A model generated the notes under the pieces. The model was given only the letters and a program-made list of their open reading frames with translations, was not told where the DNA came from and made no database searches. From positions 1 to 46,292 of the forward strand of contig JANMDM010000337.1 in assembly GCA_031376305.1 (NCBI GenBank): 46,292 nt of DNA. The letters run 5' to 3'. Source of the DNA: Pseudomonadota bacterium. GTDB taxonomy: Bacteria > Pseudomonadota > Alphaproteobacteria > Rhodobacterales > Rhodobacteraceae. Numbering within the stretch: the stretch's first letter is position 1; each line of letters begins with the position of its first letter. Made by a program: the position numbers and the translations under genes. Below are positions 19,039 through 29,165 of this stretch, piece by piece.

Positions 19039-19728
19039 ATGACAATGCAACATAATGACCTTTTAGAGACAATGCGTCAGGCATGTGCCCCTGTAGGCCT
19101 CGTCACGGTTCCGGAGCGGCGTGGCGCCTATCGCAACTGCTTCAAACGTATCTTTGATATGTTGGCGGTGGTGCTGACCTCAGTGGTCGTCGTGCCTTTG
19201 GTGGCGATATTGGCCGTTGTCTTGGCTATGGAAGGTCACAAGCCGTTCTATGTGAGCGAGCGCGTTGGCCGCGGCGGCCGACCATTCCGAATGCTGAAAC
19301 TACGCACGATGGTCGATGATGCCGATGATCAGCTCGCTGACTATCTGGAGCGCAATGCCCACGCACGCAGCGAATGGGAAAAAACGCAAAAGCTCAAAAG
19401 CGACCCGCGAATTACCGCCGTTGGACATTTTCTGCGCAAGTCGTCCCTGGACGAACTACCCCAGCTTTGGAACATATTCGTTGGTGATATGTCGCTGGTT
19501 GGGCCACGCCCGATGATGCCTTGCCAGCGCGCGATGTACCCCGGCCTGTCCTACTATGGTCTCCGTCCTGGTCTGACTGGACCGTGGCAAATATCCAGCC
19601 GAAATGATGTTGGTTTTTCGCAGCGGTCTGAGTTTGATGGCCAATATGACGATCAGTTATCCCTTGGCACTGACGTTCGCATCCTGTTGAAAACCGTCGG
19701 TGCAGTGCTGAGAGGCACGGGATACTAA
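19039..19728 (+). CDS. Priming sugar transferase (Bac_transf, ExoY-like phosphoglycosyltransferase)
   Basis: KRIFD, KLRTM, DPRIT.VG.FLRKSSLDELPQL.N...GDMSLVGPRP, PGLTG.WQ. Confidence 0.93.
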   Translation: MTMQHNDLLETMRQACAPVGLVTVPERRGAYRNCFKRIFDMLAVVLTSVVVVPLVAILAVVLAMEGHKPFYVSERVGRGGRPFRMLKLRTMVDDADDQLADYLERNAHARSEWEKTQKLKSDPRITAVGHFLRKSSLDELPQLWNIFVGDMSLVGPRPMMPCQRAMYPGLSYYGLRPGLTGPWQISSRNDVGFSQRSEFDGQYDDQLSLGTDVRILLKTVGAVLRGTGY

Positions 19729-19848
19729 GCCGCAGCCAACATCCTGTCATTCGCCTCGCAATGTGATAGGCTGTTTTGGCTGTCGACCCAACCGGCGGCG
19801 CATCGGTGCTGCGCACGTTCCGTATCAGATACATTTCCGAGAGAAATA

Positions 19849-22290
19849 ATGCTTTTTCGCCAACATATTAGTGCAGCCGCACTGTCTGCCCTTCTTCTTG
19901 TCTCGGGCTGTGATACTGCAAAAGATCGGGCCGAAGCATATTTCCAGTCTGGAATGGAGTATCTTCAGGCCGGGGATGTGGAACGGGCGCTTGTTGAGTT
20001 TCGAAATGTCTTCAAGCTGGACGGCTCGCATCGCCAAGCACGCGTCGCCTACGCCGAAACCGAACTGAAACGCGGGAATGTGCGCGAAGCCTACAGCCAG
20101 TATCTTCGCCTGATCGAGCAATACCCAGACGACGTAGCCGGCCTAAAGGCGTTGGCGCAAATGGCGGCCGGGAATGCCCAATGGGAAGATGCGAACAGCT
20201 TCATTACGTCGGCGCTCGCGTTGACGCCCGATGATGTAGCGTTGCAATCCCTTCGGATTTACACCGACTACGGTGTGGCCGTAGAGTCGAATGATGCAGG
20301 GGCCGTCGTTTCAAGTGTTAAAGCTGCAAATGATCTTCGGCAAAAGGCCCCGGCCGAATTACTGCTTCACAAGGTCATTGTCGACGATCTGATTCGGGCG
20401 CAGTCCTTTGAAAAGGCTCTGACTGAGCTTGACGCGGCGATCAAGATTGCGCCAACCGAACGGCTGCTTTACGCGCAGCGGCTGTCAATTTTTGCGGCCC
20501 TCGGTGATGACGCAGCGGTCGAAACTGGTTTGATCGACATGGTTGCAAAATTCCCCGATTCCCCCGAAATGCACGAGGCGCTGCTGCGTTGGTATCTGTC
20601 GCGCAAGGACTATGACAAGGCCGAAGCCTATCTGCGCGCGCAAGCGGCAATACCGACGGAAGAAACGACCGCGCTGATCGAACTTATCCGGTTTCTGGGC
20701 GAGTTTCGGGGGCCGGATGCGGCGATTGCCGAGTTGGACAAGGCGATTGCGGCGGGAAAATCTGTGCCGGTCTTCCGTTCGGCGCGGGCTGGCTTCCGGT
20801 TTGACCGGGGTGATCGCGAAGGTGCGGTTGCCGAAATGGAAGAAATTCTGAAAACCGCCGAAGCTGGCGAAGAAACCCGGACCATCAAAATCGGTTTGGC
20901 AAGAATGCAGCTTGCCGTTGGTAATTCGGTGGCCGCGCGGGCGTTGGTTGAAGAAGTCTTGGTCGAAGACTCAGGCCAGACCGAAGCGCTCAAATTGAAA
21001 GCCAGCTGGTTGATCCAAGATGATGAAGTTGGCGACGCTGTCTCAATATTGCGCGATGCGATCGACCAAAACCCCCGCGATGCAGGTCTGATGACCTTGA
21101 TGGCACAAGCATATGAACGCGATGGCAACCGGGAGCTGATGCGCGAAATGCTGTCGCAAGCGGTCGAGGCCTCGGGTCGCGCCCCGGCCGAGTCTTTGCG
21201 CTATGCCCAGTTGTTGGCATCTGAAAACAACCTCATTGCGGCTGAAGGGATAATTATTGACTCGCTGCGCATTACGCCCGGCGACACGTCGCTTTTGGTC
21301 CCACTTGGGCAAATATACGTTGGTCTGAATGACTGGTCGCGGGCGGACGCTGTCGCAAAAGATCTTGAGGCATTGAACGATGATCGTGTGAAGAACGATC
21401 TCACCGCAATACGGGCGGCGATTTTGGAGGGAGAGAAGAAGACCGGCGAGGCGATATCCTACCTCGAACAAGCAGCTTCAGCCGAGGGTGCGCAGCTTGA
21501 CGCGAAGATGGCTGTTTTACGCAATCACCTCGACAACGGTCGTCTTACAGAAGCTTCGGCCTTTGCCGCACAGATGCTCGCAAGTGACCCAGAAAACCTG
21601 GACCTGCAGTATATCAATGCGACAGTGCAGGCGATGACCGGAAAGGTCGCTGACTCCGAAGTGACGTATCGGGCGATCTTGGCCAAGGATAAAACCCGTG
21701 CCACCGTGTGGCTGTCGCTATTCAGGGCTCTGTCGGTTGATCCCGCTCGCCAGGACGAGGCTGCGAAACTTCTTGATGAAGCCCTTGCCGCGGTTCCCGA
21801 CTCTGGTGAATTGCGCTGGGCGAAAGCCGGAATGCTGGAAACATCCGGCGATATCGACGGGGCAATCACCCTTTATGAAAGCCTTTACAAAGAGAACTCC
21901 GCCAACCCGATCGTGGCCAACAACCTCGCGAGTCTGCTTTCGAACTATCGCAAGGATAGTGACAGCCTTGCAAGGGCAGAGGTCATCGCGCGGCGGCTAA
22001 GGGGCAGCGACCTGCCGCCCTATCAAGATACCTTTGGCTGGATCGCCTATCAAAATAACAACTTTCCAGAAGCACTTGCCGAACTTGAAAAGGCTGCCGT
22101 CGGCTTGCCTGACGACCCGACTGTCCAGTATCATCTGGCGATGACATACCTCGCACTGTCACGGGCTAAAGACGCGGCGGCACAATTTACGAAAGTGATA
22201 GGCATGCTGCCCGCCGATGATTCGCGCGAAATCGCGGTTTCGACACGAAGTGAGCTGGAAAAACTTAAAGCTGCCGGAGTTGCCGAATAG
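19849..22290 (+). CDS. TPR-repeat lipoprotein (PrsT-like, exosortase-system associated)
   Basis: Lipobox LLLVSGC, many TPR-like helical repeats, NNLA and DTFGW motifs. Confidence 0.85.
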   Translation: MLFRQHISAAALSALLLVSGCDTAKDRAEAYFQSGMEYLQAGDVERALVEFRNVFKLDGSHRQARVAYAETELKRGNVREAYSQYLRLIEQYPDDVAGLKALAQMAAGNAQWEDANSFITSALALTPDDVALQSLRIYTDYGVAVESNDAGAVVSSVKAANDLRQKAPAELLLHKVIVDDLIRAQSFEKALTELDAAIKIAPTERLLYAQRLSIFAALGDDAAVETGLIDMVAKFPDSPEMHEALLRWYLSRKDYDKAEAYLRAQAAIPTEETTALIELIRFLGEFRGPDAAIAELDKAIAAGKSVPVFRSARAGFRFDRGDREGAVAEMEEILKTAEAGEETRTIKIGLARMQLAVGNSVAARALVEEVLVEDSGQTEALKLKASWLIQDDEVGDAVSILRDAIDQNPRDAGLMTLMAQAYERDGNRELMREMLSQAVEASGRAPAESLRYAQLLASENNLIAAEGIIIDSLRITPGDTSLLVPLGQIYVGLNDWSRADAVAKDLEALNDDRVKNDLTAIRAAILEGEKKTGEAISYLEQAASAEGAQLDAKMAVLRNHLDNGRLTEASAFAAQMLASDPENLDLQYINATVQAMTGKVADSEVTYRAILAKDKTRATVWLSLFRALSVDPARQDEAAKLLDEALAAVPDSGELRWAKAGMLETSGDIDGAITLYESLYKENSANPIVANNLASLLSNYRKDSDSLARAEVIARRLRGSDLPPYQDTFGWIAYQNNNFPEALAELEKAAVGLPDDPTVQYHLAMTYLALSRAKDAAAQFTKVIGMLPADDSREIAVSTRSELEKLKAAGVAE

Positions 22291-22428
22291 TTGCCATAAA
22301 GGTGTTGCGCGCTGAGCACGCAAGTTTCACGATGGCTTCCAGAAGCGCTAAAACTGCGATATTGTTTTGAAAATCGCTGACTCGCTTTTAGGGTCGGCGT
22401 TAGAAAAATTGTAATTGGGTGCGAAAAA

Positions 22429-23064
22429 ATGCTCAGAACCCTTATGGGCCTCATGGTGGCCTTGATCCTTGCTCCTGCTGCTTGGGCGCAAAGTTCCTAT
22501 CGAATTCAACCCGGTGACGTGCTGCAAATGGAAGTGCTGGAGGACCCCAGCCTGAACCGCAGCTTACTGGTGCTGCCCGATGGCTCTGTAAGCCTGCCTC
22601 TGGTGGGCGCCGTCCCGGCAACCGGCAAGTCGGTCGATGCGATGCGCTCGGCTATATCGGCGGCCCTTGCCTCGAAGTTTGCGGCGCCGCCGACGGTCTT
22701 CCTTTCGGTCGGCCAGTTGAACGCAACCACGACTGCCGTGAACAACGCCGCCGCTGGTCTTGCAGCGACAAATGTCACCCTCGGAGACACAGTGTCGATT
22801 TATGCGGTTGGCGAAGTCAACAAACCGGGCCGTCTCGACGTCAAATCAGGAACCACGCTGCTGCAATTCTTGGCAGAATCTGGTGGCCTGACGAAATTCG
22901 CGGCGGCAAAGCGGATCCAGCTGCGCCGGGCGGATCACAAAACAGGTCAGGAAACCGTTTACAACTATAACTACAAGGCAGTACAGCATGGCGCGAGTGC
23001 TCCGGTAATCGTTCTGCGCGAAGGCGATGTGCTTGTAGTGCCGGAGCGTAAACTCTTCGAATAA
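22429..23064 (+). CDS. Polysaccharide export protein (Wza/OPX, Poly_export + SLBB)
   Basis: YRIQPGD.L, PDG.VSLPLVG, GEV.KPG, GGLT.FA, L..GD...VPE. Confidence 0.9.
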   Translation: MLRTLMGLMVALILAPAAWAQSSYRIQPGDVLQMEVLEDPSLNRSLLVLPDGSVSLPLVGAVPATGKSVDAMRSAISAALASKFAAPPTVFLSVGQLNATTTAVNNAAAGLAATNVTLGDTVSIYAVGEVNKPGRLDVKSGTTLLQFLAESGGLTKFAAAKRIQLRRADHKTGQETVYNYNYKAVQHGASAPVIVLREGDVLVVPERKLFE

Positions 23065-23076
23065 AGGCAAAGTCGG

Positions 23077-24516
23077 GTGGGCAAAATAAAAAACAAGATC
23101 GCGATAATCGCGGCAGTTTCATCGATCTGGCCAACCATCGCCTCCTCTCAACAGGGAGGCGCTGGTGCGTCGGCCGTCAGTGCACCAGTTGTCACTGCGC
23201 CGGCCGCCGGTGCGCCGGTTGGCGGATTTCAAATTGACGCTGGAATCAGCAGCAGTTTGAAATCCGATAGCAATTTCACACTGAAGCCGGGCGGCGGCAC
23301 CGGAAATTCGACCATACTCGACAACAAACTGAGCTTTGGGGTTAGCAGTATAACCTCTGCCTATAGCTTGAAGGTTATCGGAACGGGAGACCTGCGTTAC
23401 GCGGAGATTCCTGGGCGGATCGTATCGGGTTTTGAAGATCCGACATTGCGGGTCTCCTTCGTTGCCGACAGTACGAACAGCCGTCTTACCTTCAATGGCC
23501 GCTACCAGAACGTGAACCGGGATTTCCTCAATCCGTTTCAGGTGGAACAGGAAGAACAACAATACGGTCTTCTGGTCGGCGACGGCGGTACATTGCGCGA
23601 TGTGACCCTGGGCCTGAAGTATGAAACGGGGCTGAGCAATCCGCTGGGTTTCGTGTTCGACCTCAACAGTGACAACAAGCAGTACTCCAATGTCGTGAAC
23701 CCGCTTATCTTCGACAATGGCACCGACAGTGCGGCTGTCACCGTGCTGATGCGCGTCAGCCCGGTGACAACGCTAAGGGCCAATGCCGGGCTCAAGCGCT
23801 ATACGGCCGATGATGCTTTGCAGACGGACCGGACCACGACCGACTATTCAATTGGCCTTGCTCAAGACATAAACCCTGCCCTGCAATTGGATGCGCAGAT
23901 CGGTATTACCGATGTGCAGACCGATACAATTTTCGGTTCAAAGAACAGATCCGGTGCCGTGGGTTCGCTGACTTTGACCCAAGCGCTGCCAAATGGGACT
24001 GTTTTCGGCACACTCAAAACGTCGCGCAACCAGAATGGCGCGCGTACGGATCTGAGTTTCGGCCGCGATCTTCAGCTTAGCAACGCCACGCTTCGCGTCT
24101 CGCTCGGGGTGACGCGGGGAAGCACCGGCTCAACGGGATGGACCGGTTCAGTCGCCTATAATCGCCCGCTTCAAAATGGCAATATAACACTGGCGTTCAA
24201 TCGCGCCGCCAGAACCAACAGCTCAAACCAGGACGTTATTGATACGCGTCTTTCGGTTGGGTACGGGCATGACATCAACAGTGTCTCTCGGATCAACTTG
24301 AACCTGAACTGGGGCCGCGCAGAAGGTGCCGGAACGACCGGGATTCCAACCGTCGATCTTTCAGATTTGAACGCGACCTATACGCGGGCGCTGACCTCAG
24401 ATTGGAACATGTCGGGCGGGCTGACGCTGCGTCAGCGCACTGATACGAGCAAGGCTGACGCAAGCTCAACAGCTTTGTTCGTGACCCTTGGGCGAAATTT
24501 CAGCTTCCGACCCTGA
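23077..24516 (+). CDS. Probable outer-membrane beta-barrel protein of the EPS export system
   Basis: Signal peptide, alternating amphipathic beta-strand pattern, aromatic C-terminus, directly after the OPX gene. Confidence 0.7.
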   Translation: MGKIKNKIAIIAAVSSIWPTIASSQQGGAGASAVSAPVVTAPAAGAPVGGFQIDAGISSSLKSDSNFTLKPGGGTGNSTILDNKLSFGVSSITSAYSLKVIGTGDLRYAEIPGRIVSGFEDPTLRVSFVADSTNSRLTFNGRYQNVNRDFLNPFQVEQEEQQYGLLVGDGGTLRDVTLGLKYETGLSNPLGFVFDLNSDNKQYSNVVNPLIFDNGTDSAAVTVLMRVSPVTTLRANAGLKRYTADDALQTDRTTTDYSIGLAQDINPALQLDAQIGITDVQTDTIFGSKNRSGAVGSLTLTQALPNGTVFGTLKTSRNQNGARTDLSFGRDLQLSNATLRVSLGVTRGSTGSTGWTGSVAYNRPLQNGNITLAFNRAARTNSSNQDVIDTRLSVGYGHDINSVSRINLNLNWGRAEGAGTTGIPTVDLSDLNATYTRALTSDWNMSGGLTLRQRTDTSKADASSTALFVTLGRNFSFRP

Positions 24517-24619
24517 CCTATTTGCCGATCTGGTCGGCGATTGTGGCTTATTTGGAAACGCGCCGCTGATAACTAAGCGGCGCGTTTCATGTTTCCGGTC
24601 GCACATGGCAATGGTTTCC

Positions 24620-24635
24620 GTTAAAAACCAGTCAA
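24620..24635. promoter_or_regulatory. Near-consensus CtrA box upstream of the exosortase
   Basis: The minus strand reads TTGA-CTGGTTT-TTAAC, about 30 nt before the xrtD start. Confidence 0.35.
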
Positions 24636-24665
24636 TTCCAGTGAAAGTGAAGCCGCGGTTTTGCC

Positions 24666-26273
24666 ATGATGAACAGCCCTGAAATGCAGCCTGCATCGGC
24701 CTTAAAAACCCAACGCCTGGGTGTTAATGCCCTTGGCTTTGCGGTTTTTGCCGCGCTGATCTTAGGGGCAATTCCAATTTTTTGGCTTGGCTTTGTCTCG
24801 CTAGGTAAGGCCTGGTCGACGGCCGAATACAGCCATGGCCCGTTGATCCCGATGATCTCGCTTTACTTGTTCTTGCGCGAACTGCGCCGTGCGCCATCGC
24901 CCGAAGTCGCGGCTCTGATCCGCTGGCCAGGCATTGTGGTCATTGCCGCCGCGCTGACTGTGGCGGCTTTGGGCAATCTGATGCGTGTACCAGACATTGT
25001 TACCTATGCCTTTATCTTCTGGGTCAGCGGCGTGGTCCTGACGGTGTTTGGCTGGCAGAGCGGTATCCGCCACCAGCTGCCGGTCTTCCATTTGATCTTC
25101 ATGTTGCCGCTTCCTCAGACGCTTTACTGGAGCCTGACGATCTACCTGCAGGGCCTGTCGTCACAGCTTGGTGTCTGGATTGTCAGCCTCGCAGGCGTGG
25201 CGGTGTTTCTTGAAGGCAATGTTATCGACCTTGGTGTCTACAAGCTTCAGGTTGCCGAGGCGTGCTCGGGCCTGCGGTATTTGTTCCCGATCCTCAGTTT
25301 TTCGTATCTTTTCTCGATCCTCTATCGCGGGCCAATGTGGCACAAAGTGGTGCTGTTGGTTTCAGCAGCACCGCTGACGGTGGTGATGAATTCCTTCCGC
25401 ATTGGCGTGATCGGCATTCTTGTCGACCGGTACGGTATTGAACAAGCCCAAGGGTTCTTGCACTTCTTCGAAGGCTGGGTGGTGTTTTTGATCTGCGTTG
25501 GTATCTTGTTTCTGATGGCGATGGCACTGCAACGCTTCGCCCCCAACCCGATGCCTTTGGCCGATGCGATTGACCTTGATTTTGACGGGTTCCCGGCGAT
25601 CCTCGCACGGATATTTGCGATAAGGCCGACGGTGTTTCTGGCTGTGGCGGCGGCGCTGTCGATATTCCTGTCGCTGGCCTGGCACCTGACACCGCAACGC
25701 GAAATCGCAACGCTGGCGCGCGATCCCTTGGCGCTTTACCCCCTGAGGGTTGAGGGTTGGACGGGTCTGGCAGCGCAGTTGGATCCGGAAATTGAAAAGG
25801 TTCTTGCTGCAGACGATTATCTCAATGCGATCTATCAGCAGCCCGGTGATAAAAATATAGTCTCGTTCTTTGTGGCTTTTTACAAGAAACAGACCGAAGG
25901 ACAGGGCATCCATTCCCCCAAAGTCTGCCTGCCATCGGGTGGCTGGGAAGTCTTCAATATGGAACAAGTGCCGGTGGATATGACCGCCTCCGGCTATGGT
26001 CACTTTCAGGCTAACCGCGCCGTGATTCAGAAAGGCCTGTCCCGGCAGCTGGTGTATTACTGGTTCGAAGGTCGCGGGCAGCGCGAGACGGACGACTTCC
26101 GTGCCAAAATGGAGGTTCTGATCGACAGCTTGACCAAAGGCCGCACCGACGGCGCCCTTGTCCGGTATGTGACACCCATCGGCACGACCGAATCTGAAGC
26201 CGACGCCGAAGCACGGCTCTTGGGGTTCATGGCGCTTAGCCTCAAGCCTCTGCCAAGGTTCGTCCCATTTTGA
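24666..26273 (+). CDS. xrtD: Exosortase with fused EpsI domain (exosortase D, VPLPA-CTERM type)
   Basis: [18 protein letters not shown] (catalytic Cys), N.FRI (Arg), LHFFEGW (His), and a C-terminal EpsI with HSP.VCLP..GW, YYWF and RTDGALVR. Confidence 0.88.
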   Translation: MMNSPEMQPASALKTQRLGVNALGFAVFAALILGAIPIFWLGFVSLGKAWSTAEYSHGPLIPMISLYLFLRELRRAPSPEVAALIRWPGIVVIAAALTVAALGNLMRVPDIVTYAFIFWVSGVVLTVFGWQSGIRHQLPVFHLIFMLPLPQTLYWSLTIYLQGLSSQLGVWIVSLAGVAVFLEGNVIDLGVYKLQVAEACSGLRYLFPILSFSYLFSILYRGPMWHKVVLLVSAAPLTVVMNSFRIGVIGILVDRYGIEQAQGFLHFFEGWVVFLICVGILFLMAMALQRFAPNPMPLADAIDLDFDGFPAILARIFAIRPTVFLAVAAALSIFLSLAWHLTPQREIATLARDPLALYPLRVEGWTGLAAQLDPEIEKVLAADDYLNAIYQQPGDKNIVSFFVAFYKKQTEGQGIHSPKVCLPSGGWEVFNMEQVPVDMTASGYGHFQANRAVIQKGLSRQLVYYWFEGRGQRETDDFRAKMEVLIDSLTKGRTDGALVRYVTPIGTTESEADAEARLLGFMALSLKPLPRFVPF

Positions 26274-26941
26274 ATGCCGACCACCCACTGCCTGGCCGGT
26301 TGCGGGCCTTTGCTGCATTCCTTTCAGATATGGCTGATATGTCTTGGCCGGTCTGGCTGGTGCTTGGCCTGTGCCTATTTCCGGAAGTCTATCTCTTTGG
26401 TGCTGATACCGGGTTTTGGGGAAACCCGCGTGACCGGGCAATCGCTTTTGATTTTCTCGGGTTTTGGGCTGGCCTCCTGGGGAACTGGACGCCGAACTAC
26501 CCGGCCCAGCCCTATGTGATGTTCCTGACTTACGGGTTTTTGCATGCAGGCCCGGTACATTTTGCAGTGAACATGCTGACCCTGTCATCCTTGGGCGCCC
26601 CGGTGGCGGCGACCATCGGGGCTTGGCGGTTTTTGCTGCTGTATCTGATGCTGCTCATCGCCGGAGCGATCGGATTTGCGCTGTTTCCAGAGGTTCATGC
26701 CCCAATGGTGGGCGCGTCGGGGGCGTTGTTTGGGTTGGCCGGCGTTGTGTTGGCTTGGGACATGCAGCGCCGTAAGGCAGATGCATTAAGCCGCTGGCCA
26801 GTTCTGGGCAGTCTTGCGGTTCTTGTTGTGCTGAATGCCGTGTTGTGGTGGGCGATGAACGGGCAACTGGCCTGGCAAACCCATTTGGGGGGCTTTCTCG
26901 CTGGCTGGTCGATTGCTTACGTCATGCGGCCACGCAATTAG
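26270..26941 (+). CDS. Rhomboid-family intramembrane serine protease
   Basis: FLH....H...NM, VGASG (catalytic Ser) and WQTHLGGF (His). The TTG start overlaps the xrtD stop; the true start may be downstream. Confidence 0.88.
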   Translation: MNADHPLPGRLRAFAAFLSDMADMSWPVWLVLGLCLFPEVYLFGADTGFWGNPRDRAIAFDFLGFWAGLLGNWTPNYPAQPYVMFLTYGFLHAGPVHFAVNMLTLSSLGAPVAATIGAWRFLLLYLMLLIAGAIGFALFPEVHAPMVGASGALFGLAGVVLAWDMQRRKADALSRWPVLGSLAVLVVLNAVLWWAMNGQLAWQTHLGGFLAGWSIAYVMRPRN

Positions 26942-28146
26942 CGCTGCATCTTGCCAAATATCCGCGCATATGCCGCCAAAAGGTTTGGCGCCGAATGCGC
27001 CCAGCTTAGTGTCTCAAGCACCCTTGCACGGCCAATCTTTCCCATGCGGCGTCGCGTTTCTGGCTGGCCAATCAGATCGGCGATCTTACGGGCGAAATCT
27101 TTGGGGTCATTCGCCGCCGCATAAAGTGACGCATCCCCTGCTGAGGCGCGGCCCTCTTTCAGATCGAACTGCACCACCGGCTTTTCCAACGTCATGTATT
27201 CCATGACCTTGTTCATGGTGGATATGTCGTTCATCGCGTTTTTCGGGTCGGGGCTTACCCCAATATCGCAGCTGTTCAGCGCCCGCAAAAGATCCTCATC
27301 ATAGAGCGGCCCGGTAAAGGTGAAGTAGTCCGACAATCCACGCCGGGTCACATCTGCTTCAACTGTCGGCAACTCCGGGCCAAAACCGACGATCACGAAA
27401 TGCACATCCGTCTGACCGATGTCGCGGATCAAATATTCAGCAGCTGCTACCAGAAGATCCATACCCTCTTGCTGTCCGATGACCCCGACATAGCCCAGCA
27501 CAGTCTTTACGCCTTTGCGAACAGCGGGATCGGCGGGGCGGATTTTGAATTTTTCAATCCTTGGCGCGGATCGAACCACAAAAACATCCTCGGCCCGCAT
27601 CTTCCCCCGCCTTAGTGCTATTTCACGAAAGCTCTCGTTGGTGGCAACCGACACCGAGGCAGTGGCAAAGGTCATCCGTTCCCAGATCAGCATGATCTTG
27701 TAGAGCAGTCCCTTGCGACCAAACTTCGCCTCGAACAGCTCGGGGCAAACGTCGTGATGATCAAACAGATAGCGCACCCCACGCGGCCGGTACCACAGCG
27801 CCAGCAGGAAGATCAGATCTGGCGGATTGCAACCCTGAATAACGTCAAAGCCCCGCTCGCGCCGCACGACCCGCGCCAGACGGAACCAGTGAACCAGTGA
27901 ATGAAGATACTCCCTGGCATAGGCGATCGCCCCGGAATGCGCCTCGACGGGCTCAGGGTAGCGATAGATGTGGATGCCGTCGATTTCTTCGTAATGCTTG
28001 TCCCAACCCCGACCGGTCGGGCAGATCACACTGACCTCATAGCCATGCGCCTTTAGCGTTGTCGCCTCCAGCCAGACCCGCCGATCCAGCGGCACCGGCA
28101 GATTTTGCACCACGATCAGAACGCGGCGCGCATTGGTCAACGCCAT
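26938..28146 (-). CDS. Glycosyltransferase family 4
   Basis: VQNLPVPLDRRVW.EA, CNPPD, FDHHD, NKVMEYM...KPVV. ATG at 28146 has a GGAG RBS. Confidence 0.9.
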   Translation of the reverse strand: MALTNARRVLIVVQNLPVPLDRRVWLEATTLKAHGYEVSVICPTGRGWDKHYEEIDGIHIYRYPEPVEAHSGAIAYAREYLHSLVHWFRLARVVRRERGFDVIQGCNPPDLIFLLALWYRPRGVRYLFDHHDVCPELFEAKFGRKGLLYKIMLIWERMTFATASVSVATNESFREIALRRGKMRAEDVFVVRSAPRIEKFKIRPADPAVRKGVKTVLGYVGVIGQQEGMDLLVAAAEYLIRDIGQTDVHFVIVGFGPELPTVEADVTRRGLSDYFTFTGPLYDEDLLRALNSCDIGVSPDPKNAMNDISTMNKVMEYMTLEKPVVQFDLKEGRASAGDASLYAAANDPKDFARKIADLIGQPETRRRMGKIGRARVLETLSWAHSAPNLLAAYARIFGKMQR

Positions 28147-28250
28147 ACTTAACTCCTGCAGAACTTCTGCACGCTTGTTAGTGCAGCCTTCTGCCAAAGG
28201 CAAAGGCTTCGCCGGGTAAACGTTCCGGTGGCGCGGCCAAAGGTATTGCA

Positions 28251-29165
28251 TCACGGCGCAAGGACAATTTCCGCAATGCTGGTCGAAGAAAACGGCATAA
28301 AGTTATTGTCCGAAATCAATGTGGCTTTCGTCTGCCCCGCTGCATCCTTCCAAACATCCAAGCCTTCAAAATTGCCATAGTCCCCCGGCGCTGTTTGCAT
28401 CACAATCTCGGGGGCGGAAAACCCGTTGCTGGTGACCTGATAGGAACTCAGCCTGCTGGTATAACCCCAGATCAGCGAAAAATCCCGCTCCAGAACATAT
28501 AACCTGCCATCCGGCCCATAGTCAGCATCCGTGGCCTGAAAGGCCCCATCCGTGGCAAGATCCGGCCCGTCACGCCAGACTTTCTCACCCGAATGGACAA
28601 GGGTCTGGTAGCCGCGATTGCCCTGCGACAACCGCTCAAGAATGGCCATGATCTGCCCGCTGGAGGAGATGCAGATCGCCTCCATACCCCTATTCCCCCA
28701 AAGATCGCGGAAGCGGTCCCAATCCTGAAGCGGCGTTGGGGCCATGTCAGGCGGCGAAAAGCTAGCCACTCTTGCATAGCCTTCAAACGCCACTATCAGC
28801 CTGCCATCGGGTGCAATTCGCAACGCTTCTGCATCCGAATGGAACCCAAGCGCCGGGTCGCCATTATTGTCCAGAAACCGGTTCTGGCTTTCAGTCTTAA
28901 CCGATAAGATATCGCCCGCGGCATTCCGCGTCAGGCTGGCGGCGAACAAAACCCCGCCATCGCTGATCGCCAGAAGCGCGTTGCCACCCCTGGTTATCTC
29001 GATCCCCGACATGCCGCCAAAGTCACTATCGTGCTCCGGCCAATCGACGCTATGCAGGCGGAGCCTATGATCATCTGCGGAATTGCGAATCTTTCCCAGC
29101 GCCGTGACGGCGCCCAAGCCGACGATCAACGCCAGGATTGCAAATTTAACGCGCGGCTTTGCCAA
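28251..29165 (-). CDS. Esterase-like activity of phytase family (beta-propeller) protein
   Basis: FGGMSGI, ISD.G, DAEAL, N.GMEA, LYVLER, NFEGL, ISDNNF. Confidence 0.82.
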   Translation of the reverse strand: MAKPRVKFAILALIVGLGAVTALGKIRNSADDHRLRLHSVDWPEHDSDFGGMSGIEITRGGNALLAISDGGVLFAASLTRNAAGDILSVKTESQNRFLDNNGDPALGFHSDAEALRIAPDGRLIVAFEGYARVASFSPPDMAPTPLQDWDRFRDLWGNRGMEAICISSSGQIMAILERLSQGNRGYQTLVHSGEKVWRDGPDLATDGAFQATDADYGPDGRLYVLERDFSLIWGYTSRLSSYQVTSNGFSAPEIVMQTAPGDYGNFEGLDVWKDAAGQTKATLISDNNFMPFSSTSIAEIVLAP

